Under the pieces are notes generated by a model. It was not told the origin of the DNA and ran no database searches. It saw only the letters and a program-made list of their open reading frames with translations. The position numbers and the translations under genes were made by a program. Source: an uncultured bacterium (GTDB lineage: Bacteria; CAYJRR01). From it: 42,138 nucleotides of DNA. Numbering within the stretch: position 1 is the stretch's first letter; every line of letters starts with the position of its first letter. Of this stretch, positions 9,388 through 18,000 are shown piece after piece. The DNA lies in NCBI GenBank assembly GCA_964372275.1, contig CAYJRR010000020.1:1-42138 (forward strand), read 5' to 3'.

Positions 9388-10692
9388 GTGTATCCGGCCC
9401 GCACCCGCCGAAATCGCCGCGTCCGCGAGCTGCGCCAGGGGGAGCCCGCGGTCCTCGGCGGGCGGCTGCGCAAGGACGGCGATCGGTGGCTCCTCGCCGA
9501 CGGAAGCGGGGAGGTCGAGGTCTCGGCGGCCGGGATCGATCCCGCGTGGGACGGCGCGCTGGTCGAAGCCGACGGAGTGGCGGGCCCGGCGCGGTTCGAC
9601 GCGCGCGAATGGGTCCGGGTCGCGCCGTGCCTGGGGCCCTCCCCCGACCCCTCGCTCGACCTGGCGGCGCTCGTTGCCCGTGACCGGCTCCTGGGGACGG
9701 TCCGCCGGTGGATGCGCGAGAACGGCTTTCTGGAGGTCGAGACGCCGACCCTGCTCCGTGCCTCGGGGCTCAACCCGCACATCGCCGAGCTGCGCTCCGA
9801 GTACCGGGAGCGTCCCGGTTCCGGGCGCGTTCCCTTGTGGCTCCGCACCTCGCCGGAGGTGTTCCACAAGCGCCTCCTGTCGAAGGGGGTCGAACGCTTC
9901 TACGAGCTGGGGCGCTTCTACCGGAACGGCGAGGCCGGACCGCTGCACAACCCGGAGTTCACCGGCCTCGAGTTCTACATCGCCTGGTCGGACTACCGCG
10001 CGATCATGGAGGCGACCGAACGCCTGCTCTCCGACGCCTTCGTCGCGGCGAGGGGGGCGGTCGACGGAGCGGCGCCCGCCGCGGAGCCGACGATCACGGT
10101 CGAAGGGGCCGTGGTCGACCTGTCGCCGCCGTGGGAGCGGATGACGGTCGGCGACGCGTTCCGGCGCCACGCGGGGGTCGACCTCGCCGCGGCCTCCGAC
10201 CTTCCGCGCCTTCGCCGGGCGGCGGAGGGGATCGGCGTGCGGGTCGCCGACTCCGACGCCTACGACGACGTCTTCTTCCGGATCCTGCTGGAGCGCGTCG
10301 AAGCGAGGCTCGGGGCGACGCGGCCGCTCTTCCTCCACGACTACCCGGCGTCGATGGCGGTGATGGCGAGACGGCGCGACGACGACCCTTCGATCGCGGA
10401 GCGCGTCGAGCTCTACGTGCGCGGCGTCGAGCTGGCGAACGGCTTCACCGAGCTGGCCGATCCCGCCGAGCAACGCCGCCGCTTCGAGGAGGACCGGACC
10501 GCCTACGCGCGTCACGTCGGCGCCGAGTCGGCCGATCTCCCGTTCGACGAGTCGTTCCTCGGCGCGCTCGTGCACGGGATGCCGCCCTCCTCGGGGATCG
10601 CAATCGGGCTCGACCGGGTGCTGATGCTGGCGCTCGGACGCACGACCCTGCGAGGCGTCCTCGCCTTCCCCTTCGACCCGCCGGACCGCTGA
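9388..10692 (+). CDS. epmA: EF-P lysine aminoacylase EpmA (GenX/PoxA) with N-terminal extension
   Basis: FLEVETP, LRTSPEVFHKRLL, YRNGEAGPLHNPEFT, FLHDYPA, ERVELY, ELANGFTEL, GMPPSSGIAIGLDR. Confidence 0.88.
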   Translation: MYPARTRRNRRVRELRQGEPAVLGGRLRKDGDRWLLADGSGEVEVSAAGIDPAWDGALVEADGVAGPARFDAREWVRVAPCLGPSPDPSLDLAALVARDRLLGTVRRWMRENGFLEVETPTLLRASGLNPHIAELRSEYRERPGSGRVPLWLRTSPEVFHKRLLSKGVERFYELGRFYRNGEAGPLHNPEFTGLEFYIAWSDYRAIMEATERLLSDAFVAARGAVDGAAPAAEPTITVEGAVVDLSPPWERMTVGDAFRRHAGVDLAAASDLPRLRRAAEGIGVRVADSDAYDDVFFRILLERVEARLGATRPLFLHDYPASMAVMARRRDDDPSIAERVELYVRGVELANGFTELADPAEQRRRFEEDRTAYARHVGAESADLPFDESFLGALVHGMPPSSGIAIGLDRVLMLALGRTTLRGVLAFPFDPPDR

Positions 10693-10708
10693 TACACTGG
10701 CCGGCTCG

Positions 10709-13372
10709 ATGGCCGAGCCCTCCCCGAAGCGCCGCCCGTGGCCGAGGCGGATCGCCCGCGCGACCGCCGCCGCCGCCGTGACCGGGCTCGCCATCGCCAT
10801 CGCCGTCGCCGCGTGGTTGCTCTGGTTCTTCCCCAATCGCCTGGCCTCCACCGCCGCGACGCGGGTGGCGAAGCGGTACGGCGTCGACCTCGTCGTCCAG
10901 GGACTCGCGCTCGAGCCGCTGCACGGCGTCTCGTTCGAGCGCCTCGCCGTCGGCGAGGAGGGGGTGGGCGGCGAGCCGCTCCTTTCGTGCGGCAAGGTCG
11001 CGCTCCGTTGGGAGTGGCGCGAGGCGGTCGACGACCGCCGGCTGCGCCTGACGGCCATCGACGTCGAACGACCGAGGATCGTCCTGGCGCGAAGAGACGG
11101 GCGCTGGAACGTCGAGCGTCTGCTCGATCGCGTCATGGACGCGCTCGGCGTCGCGACGGCCGGGGACGGAACGGAGTCACCGGACGTCCCGCCCGCAACC
11201 CCCGCTCCGACCCCGAGCGCGGTCCCGATCCACGAGCGGCTCGAGACCCAGGTACGCGATCTCGAGACGATGCTCGCCGGCCTGCCGGTCGAGGTCGCGC
11301 TCGACCGGGTGACGGTGCGCGACGTGGGGATCGTCGTCGAGACCGAGACCGGGACGCTCGCGTCGATCGAAGGCGGGGCGTTCGAAGGGAGTCTTTCGCT
11401 ACCGCGCGGAGGCGGCGGACGGCTCGTTGTCGAGGCGATGCCGGATCCTCCTCTCCGCCTCTCGGCCGCGCCCGCTCCGGGGATCGCCTTCGCCGGCACG
11501 CTGCGGCCGGAGGCGCGCGTCGAGTCCTTCCTTCCCCGGGAGACGAGCTTCACCACTCGAACGACGCTGCACGACGCGACACTCTCGATCGCCGGGCTCA
11601 TGCTGCCGGTCGACTTCGAAGTCGAGGGATCGGGCTCGGCGTCGCTGCCGGCGGGCGATCTCTCCGTCGAGCTGTCGAAGGTCTCCTGGGCCGGGTTCTT
11701 CGACGCCGTCGCCTCCTTCTCGGCGGACGACCTCGGCGTCGGCGGGCTGGAGGCGACGTGGAAGACGGCGGTGCGCGGCGATCGGCTGCCGCCGGCACTC
11801 GGTCGCGAGCTCCGGAAGGCGGCCCCGGCGGCGAAGCTGTCGCCGGGCGGGACGATCGACGGATCGCTCACCGGTCGGCTCGCCACCATCGAGCCGGACC
11901 GGCTGCGGGCCGATCTCGCGCGGGGCCGCCTGCCGCTCTCGCTCGAAGTCTCGAGTCGCGGCGTGACCGACGACCGGCCGATCTCGACCGACGTCGTCCA
12001 GGTGGGACGGATCGTCCACCGCGCCTTCGTGTCGGTCTCGCCGGAGCGGGTGCGGCTCAAGGCCGACGCCTCGATCGAGCGCCTGCGCGCTCCCGACCTG
12101 CTCGGGTCGGCGACGGTCCCTCTCCGCGTGGCGGGGGACGTGGAGGTGCGGTCGGATCTCGATGCCGCGCGGATCCACGCCGCCTCCGCCGAGGTGACTC
12201 CGATCGGACTCCGAATCGACGGATCGGGACGGGTCGCGGGCCTGAACGCCGCGCTCGCCCAGTACCAGGCTTCCGCCGCGAAGGGGGCCGACGCGCTCCG
12301 GGCGGGGATGGCGGCCGTCACCGACCTCGACGACATCCGGCTCACCGGCTCGCTGCGCCTGGCCCCGCGGGACGAGCGCGAGATCCTCGCCGGGGTCCAC
12401 GCGCGCGGCGCGCTCGAGGTCGAAGGCACGCTCACGCGCGGTCGCGGCCCGCACGGCCGCGTGCGCGGGACGCTTGCCGCCGACGGTTTCGGCGCGCGCA
12501 TGGAGGGGATCGCCGTCGAAGGGGTCGACGCCCGTCTCGCGATCGACCGGGAGCTGATCCTCGGCGGCCGTCCGCTCCTCTCGGGCATCGACGTCGCTTC
12601 CGACGACGCGGTCGTCTTCGATCCCGCCACCCGCGGCTACTTCGCCCGCCTGAGCTCGCTCGCCGCCACGGCCGACAACGTGCGCGTGGCGCGCGCCGCC
12701 GCCGGGAAGATCGAGGTGACCGACCTGTCGGCCGCGGTCCGCTACGACGGCTCTGCGATCCACGTCGACGCGGCGCGCATGCACCTCCTCGGCGGCGAGG
12801 TCGTCTCGCGGTTGATCCTGCGCCCCACGGCGAAGGGCCTCCACGTGGCGGCGGCCGGCGACCTGGCGGGGATCGACCTGCAACCGCTCCTGCTGGAGAA
12901 GCCGGTCGCCGATCCCGACGAGACCCGGGTCCACGTCGCGGCGGCGGCGGGTCTGTTCCTCTCCGCGACCGACCCGCTCGGCAGCCTTTCGCAGATGCGG
13001 ATGCGCGCCGACGCGATCGCCTCCGGGAAACGCGTCCTGGAGATGGGGCTCGCCTTCCTCGATCCCGAGTTCAAGGACCCGGTCTACAACTGGGCGCGCG
13101 ACATCAACAAGCGGATCGGCGGCCTCACGCGTCCCGAGATCACCCTGCTCGCCGACCGCGGGATGTACGACGTCGAGATCCGCTTCCCGTCGATGGGGAT
13201 CTCCAAGGAGGTGCGCCGAATCCCGTTGGAGCCGCTCCTCCGGCTCAAGTTCACCGAGCGGACGTTGGCGAGCCTGACGCCGTCGGCGGCTCTGTTGCCG
13301 CTGCTCGCCGCGCGCGGAATCGACGCCGACGGCGCGCCGCTGCTGCCCCCGATTGCGGAGGCGGACGAGTAG
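10709..13372 (+). CDS. AsmA/YdbH-like intermembrane bridge (beta-groove) protein, 887 aa
   Basis: Single N-terminal TM anchor; AsmA-N-like IDVERPRIVLARRDGRWNV; long repeating beta pattern; YdbH-like ARMHLLGGEV near the C-terminus; DUF1318 gene nearby. Confidence 0.7.
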   Translation: MAEPSPKRRPWPRRIARATAAAAVTGLAIAIAVAAWLLWFFPNRLASTAATRVAKRYGVDLVVQGLALEPLHGVSFERLAVGEEGVGGEPLLSCGKVALRWEWREAVDDRRLRLTAIDVERPRIVLARRDGRWNVERLLDRVMDALGVATAGDGTESPDVPPATPAPTPSAVPIHERLETQVRDLETMLAGLPVEVALDRVTVRDVGIVVETETGTLASIEGGAFEGSLSLPRGGGGRLVVEAMPDPPLRLSAAPAPGIAFAGTLRPEARVESFLPRETSFTTRTTLHDATLSIAGLMLPVDFEVEGSGSASLPAGDLSVELSKVSWAGFFDAVASFSADDLGVGGLEATWKTAVRGDRLPPALGRELRKAAPAAKLSPGGTIDGSLTGRLATIEPDRLRADLARGRLPLSLEVSSRGVTDDRPISTDVVQVGRIVHRAFVSVSPERVRLKADASIERLRAPDLLGSATVPLRVAGDVEVRSDLDAARIHAASAEVTPIGLRIDGSGRVAGLNAALAQYQASAAKGADALRAGMAAVTDLDDIRLTGSLRLAPRDEREILAGVHARGALEVEGTLTRGRGPHGRVRGTLAADGFGARMEGIAVEGVDARLAIDRELILGGRPLLSGIDVASDDAVVFDPATRGYFARLSSLAATADNVRVARAAAGKIEVTDLSAAVRYDGSAIHVDAARMHLLGGEVVSRLILRPTAKGLHVAAAGDLAGIDLQPLLLEKPVADPDETRVHVAAAAGLFLSATDPLGSLSQMRMRADAIASGKRVLEMGLAFLDPEFKDPVYNWARDINKRIGGLTRPEITLLADRGMYDVEIRFPSMGISKEVRRIPLEPLLRLKFTERTLASLTPSAALLPLLAARGIDADGAPLLPPIAEADE

Positions 13373-13390
13373 TCCGCGCATTCGCGCTCC

Positions 13391-13407
13391 ATGGGGGTCT
13401 CCCCCAT
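13391..13407. terminator. Short hairpin between convergent genes
   Basis: atggggg-tct-cccccat, 7-bp perfect inverted repeat. Confidence 0.35.
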
Positions 13408-13414
13408 ACCCGCT

Positions 13415-14173
13415 TCAACGGCAGCAGGCGACCGGGAGCGCGGTGTTGCAATTGACGTCGCCGGTGAACTTGATCTCCGTCGCCAGCCCGGGACCGGCCA
13501 CCGACTTCGGATCGGAGTCGACGACGGTGAAGCGCGTGCCCCGGTAGAGGTCGGCGGAGTTGTAGGTCCAGTTCCCGCAGGAGCCCTTGAACGAGTTGTT
13601 CGTCGGATCGGACGAGGAGTAGCGGTAGTCGTGCGACCCGAACGTCATCCCGGTCGTCCCTTCGCCGATCAGGCCCTGGTGAACGTTCCGGATCAGCTCC
13701 TCGTTGGTGCAGGCGTGCGCGCTCGGGACCTTGTCGGACTGCCCGGCGAAGACGAGCGTCTTGCAGATCTCGTCGGCGGCGCGGACCCCGATCCGGCCGG
13801 AGGCCGCGTTGTAGAGGATCTGTCCGGTCCGCCCGGAGATCTGTCCGCCGGGGGAGGCGAGCGTTCCGTTCTGCGCAATCGTCGGCGTGAAGGTCCCGAG
13901 GAACTTCCCCTCGTCGGGATCGCCCAGACGCGGGTCCTCGCTGGAGACGACGCGGTCGTAGTCGACGCGCAGCGTCGGAGGGGCGCCGCCGACGCCGGGA
14001 TCGCAGGTCAACCCCTCCCCGATGTGGAAGGTGTTGCAGTCGACCGAGAACGGGGCCGTGGTCTGCCCGTCGTCGTCGTCGTCTCCACGGGCGGGACCTT
14101 CCTTGACGCCGGTGCTGCCGCAGCCGGCGACCGCCAGGACCGACAACGTAAGAATTCGTTTCAAAGCGACCAT
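13415..14173 (-). CDS. Cys-rich lipoprotein, possible endostatin/C-type-lectin-like (DUF1554-like) domain
   Basis: MVALKRILTLSVLAVAGC lipobox; DDDDD linker; GVRAADEIC...SCGNWT...CNTALPVACC pattern. Confidence 0.75.
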   Translation of the reverse strand: MVALKRILTLSVLAVAGCGSTGVKEGPARGDDDDDGQTTAPFSVDCNTFHIGEGLTCDPGVGGAPPTLRVDYDRVVSSEDPRLGDPDEGKFLGTFTPTIAQNGTLASPGGQISGRTGQILYNAASGRIGVRAADEICKTLVFAGQSDKVPSAHACTNEELIRNVHQGLIGEGTTGMTFGSHDYRYSSSDPTNNSFKGSCGNWTYNSADLYRGTRFTVVDSDPKSVAGPGLATEIKFTGDVNCNTALPVACCR

Positions 14174-14225
14174 GACACACTCGCCCCGCTTCGTGCCCGC
14201 GGAACCGACCCGAATCGCGACAAGG

Positions 14226-14241
14226 AGCATCGACCGTACCG
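14226..14241 (-). promoter_or_regulatory. Candidate sigma54 promoter
   Basis: CGGTACGGTCGATGCT on the minus strand, GG-N10-GC, about 50 nt upstream of ATG 14173. Confidence 0.45.
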
Positions 14242-14449
14242 ACCGGCGATCGGGCGTCGTTTCCCTCGACGGCGCGCGAAGATCCCGCGCGGCGTGCGAC
14301 GGACGTGCACGCCACGACTGGGGGACGGCCGCCCCGACGAACCGCCGTTCGGAGGGGGGCTCCGGTGACGCCGATCCCCACCCGATCGAATGGAAGGAAG
14401 GGGCGTTCCGTCGAACGATCGCGCCGATTCTTCGATACGATACGCACCC

Positions 14450-15079
14450 GTGAACGCCGAACGACCGCTCCGCCGTCCGCCCCCGCGTCCCCCTCTCCCC
14501 CCGTGGGTCGTGCTGCTTCCGGCCCTCCTCCTGGCGACCGGGGGCTGTTTCAACCGCTTGTCCGGCCTGGTCGACGTGAACGTCCAGGTGGTCGACGAGA
14601 AGACGCTGTTGGAACGGCAGATCCTCGGCGCCTACCAGGGCCTGGAGACCGACCTGGTGATGGCGGCCTCCGTCCGCTCGGTCGACACCGAAGGGCGGCT
14701 GGTTCCGCTGCCCGACTACCCGGCCGGCCAGCGGGCGGCGATGGACGCGCTGCGGGTGCGCGAGTTCTACCGCGACGACGTCGACCGGTTGAAGGCGGAG
14801 GGGATCTTCGGCGAGGCCAGCAGCGGCTTGCTCACGGCGCGGGTCGACCTGGCGAAGGTCGACGCGAAGAAGGCGGCGCTGGCCAAATCGGTGATGGAGG
14901 CCGAGAACGGCGCGCGCCGGGCGCTGATCGACCGGATCCTGGAGACCGCCGAATCGCTCAAGCCGGAGGACCGCCCCAAGGTGGAGCGGGTCTTCGCGCA
15001 GATGAACCGCGATGCCGCGCGTGCCGGAGAGTGGATCCAGACCGACGACGGCGCGTGGACGCAGAAGGCCAAGCCGTGA
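14450..15079 (+). CDS. Lipoprotein with YnbE-like N-terminus and YdbL/DUF1318 domain
   Basis: LLLATGGC lipobox, VDVNVQV strand, then LKAEGIFGEASSGLL, ENGARRALI, FAQMNRDAARAGEWIQTDDGAWTQK (DUF1318 hallmarks). Confidence 0.8.
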   Translation: MNAERPLRRPPPRPPLPPWVVLLPALLLATGGCFNRLSGLVDVNVQVVDEKTLLERQILGAYQGLETDLVMAASVRSVDTEGRLVPLPDYPAGQRAAMDALRVREFYRDDVDRLKAEGIFGEASSGLLTARVDLAKVDAKKAALAKSVMEAENGARRALIDRILETAESLKPEDRPKVERVFAQMNRDAARAGEWIQTDDGAWTQKAKP

Positions 15080-18000
15080 CCGCGCCGGCCTGCCGCCCGG
15101 AACGTCGCCGGCGCCGTCGCGGCGCGATCCCGCTCGTCCCGTTGCTTCTGGGTCTCGCCGCCTGCCCGCGTCCGGTGCGGATCGAGGAGCGCCTTCCGCC
15201 GCCGCCGAAGCTCGTGCGCGGCCAAGTCGACGACGGCCCGCTCGGGAGAATCCGGCGTCCGTCGCGCCTGACCGCCGACCCGGCGCAGGAGTACGACCCG
15301 GCCCCCTCCCCGGACGGGACGGCGCTCGTCTACGTCGGCCACCGCCGCGGCAACGCCGACCTGTTCCTCCGCTTCCTGCCCGGGAGCGGGCGCGTCGGCG
15401 AGTTCCCGATCGCCGAGCACTTCGCCGCCGACACCGACCCGGCGTGGTCGCCGAACGGACGGCAGATCGCCTTCGTCTCGAAACGCGACGATCCCAAGGG
15501 GGACCTCTACGTCTACAACCTGAAGACGGGGGACGCCGTCCCGGACGCTGTTCGCGAAGCGCTCCTGGGTCGATTCCAGGAGTTGCTCGCGCGACCGGAC
15601 GCGGAGCTCTCCCCCGCCGAGCGCGAGCAGCGGGCGCGCGTCTCCCGCTATTTCGAAGGGCACGATCCCCTGCTCCGTTTTTCCGACACCGGCCGCGAAG
15701 TTCGCGGACCCGCATGGTCGCGCGACGGCGGCACGATCTACTACTCGGCGCGGCGGCCGGGGGAGCCGGAGAACGTCTGGGCCCTCGACGTGCTGACGCG
15801 GACGCCGACCGCCGTCACGACCGACGGCGGATTCGATCCGGCCCCCTCCCCCGACGGCAAGTTCCTGGCCTACGCCTCGCGCGCCGGCGATCCGAACGGC
15901 GGGCTGAAGCTGATGCGCCTGGCCGACCGGAAGTCCGTGTCGCTCACCATCGGCTCTCCGATCGACGGCCTCCCCACCTGGTCGACCGACGGGCGGACGC
16001 TCTTCTTCACCCGCTATGCCCACGACACCAACGGCGATGGGCGGCTCGATCTCGACGACCGACCCAGCCTCTACGCGGTGACGATGAGCTTCGCCGGCAC
16101 CGTCGTCGGCTCGGGGGGGATGATCGCCCCGATCCCCTGGCCGGTGACGCCGGCCGGCGGATACGACCTGTTCCCGGCCGTCGCCGGCGGGCGCCTCTTC
16201 TACTCCTCCGACGACGGAACGAACGCCGACCTGTGGGCGATCCCCGAGAGGGGGATCTTCCCGGAGCTCGCCTCCAGCCGCGAGGAGCTCGCGCTCGCCG
16301 ACGAACTGGTGAACGAGCCGCGGATGCGGCTTCTGCTGCTCGAGCAGATCGGCGCTCGGCGCCCGGGCGACGACGCCGCGGCACAGGATGCGCGTCTGGC
16401 CGCCGGACGGTTGCGGATCGAACGGCGCGAGAGCGGGGCCGCGGAGAGGCTGCTCGAACGGCTGGACTCGGCGACCGACTCCGAAGAGAAGGACGGCGAC
16501 GCGCGCGCCGCCTCCGTGCATCGGGCCCGCGCGCGCATCCTCGCCGCCGCCCTCGCCGCGCTCAAGGCCGAGAGCGGCGGATCGATCGACAAGTCGGCGC
16601 TGCGCAGGACCGCCGACGCGCTCGAGCGAGACGCGGCCGGCTTCGAGCCGGCGCAACGGGCGGAGGCCTACCTCGAAGCGGGCCTGGCGCGCGCCAGGGC
16701 CGGCGACCTCCTCCAGGCGACCGAAAGCTGGCAGCGCGCCGCGCGCGAGGAGGGGGGCGGCTGGGCCCGGGCCGAGGCCGGGCTCGCCGCGGCGTCCGCC
16801 TACGGCGACCTCGGCCAGGCCGACCGCAGCGTCTCCACCTTTCTCGCACTGCTGTCCGCCCATCCCGAGCTGCCGGTGCCGGCGGAGCGCCGCGCCGCCG
16901 TGGAGCGGGAGCGGAAGCAGCGTCTGGAACGGATCGACAAGCGACTGGGAGGATCCACGGAACGGCCGGCCGCGGGGATCGATCCGGCCGGCCTGCCCGA
17001 CGTCGGCGTGCCGGCGACCTACGGCGAGCGAGCCGCGGCGGGCGTCGCCACGGCGGCGATCCTGGGGAACGCCGACGCCCACGCCGCGATCGCCTCCCTG
17101 CGGGACCTTGCCACGCGCCACCGCGATCTCCCCGTGCTCCCCGCCCTGGCCCGCAACGAGATCGGGGACCTCTACCTTCGCGTCGGAGACGTCGAGTCGG
17201 CGACGCTGGAGTACCGCGCCGTGGCGGAGTCGGGACTCGACCGCCGGCAGGAGCAGCGCGCCCGGCTTTCGGCCGCCAAGGCGCTGCTGATCGCCGGACG
17301 GTACGCCGACGCCGTCGCCGCGGTCGGAGCTCCGCCGCCGGCCGGCGGCGCCGGCGCGAAGGCGTCGGCGGCGTCGGCGATCCTCGCCCGCCGGGCGCTG
17401 TCCGCCTACGTCCGCACGCTGTTGGCGAAAGCGGACGACGAGTTCCGCGACCGCGACTACGCGCTGGCCCGCAAGAGCTACCGCGCGGTGCTCGCCGTCG
17501 ACAGCCGCGAGGTCCGCGCCCACCGCGGGTTGATCGCCAGCGCCGCGGCCCTGGGGGAGGCCGACCGCATCGCCCAGGTCTACGAGGAGGAGGCGGCCTC
17601 GACGCCCGACGATCCGCTCATCCGCTACGGAGTCGGGCTCGCCTACTCCTACCGCGAGCCGGCGGAGACCTGGCTGGCCAAGGCGGAGAACGAATTGAAG
17701 GCGGCGGTCGCGCTCGACGACGCGGCCGTCTTTCCGCACCAGACGCTCGGATTCGTCTACGAGAAGCGGGAGGAGCTGTTCGGCGAGGAGGGCGGCTTCG
17801 AGCGCGCCGCCGACCAGTACCTGATCGCGCTGTCGCTGAACGAGGTGAAGGAGGACTACCGGAACGAGTCCGACCTGCTGCTCAACGTCGGGAACGCCTT
17901 CTTCAACCTCAAGAACCATCGCGCCGCGTACGACCACTACCGGCGCCGCGAGCGCGCGTCCGTCCCTTTCGACGTGAAGGGTCGGGAGCTCGTCTTCCTG

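Noticed and set aside
14305-15075. First 257 codons of the 3048-aa ORF
   Set aside because: They overlap the DUF1318 gene and have shadow-like composition; the signal peptide starts at GTG 15076.
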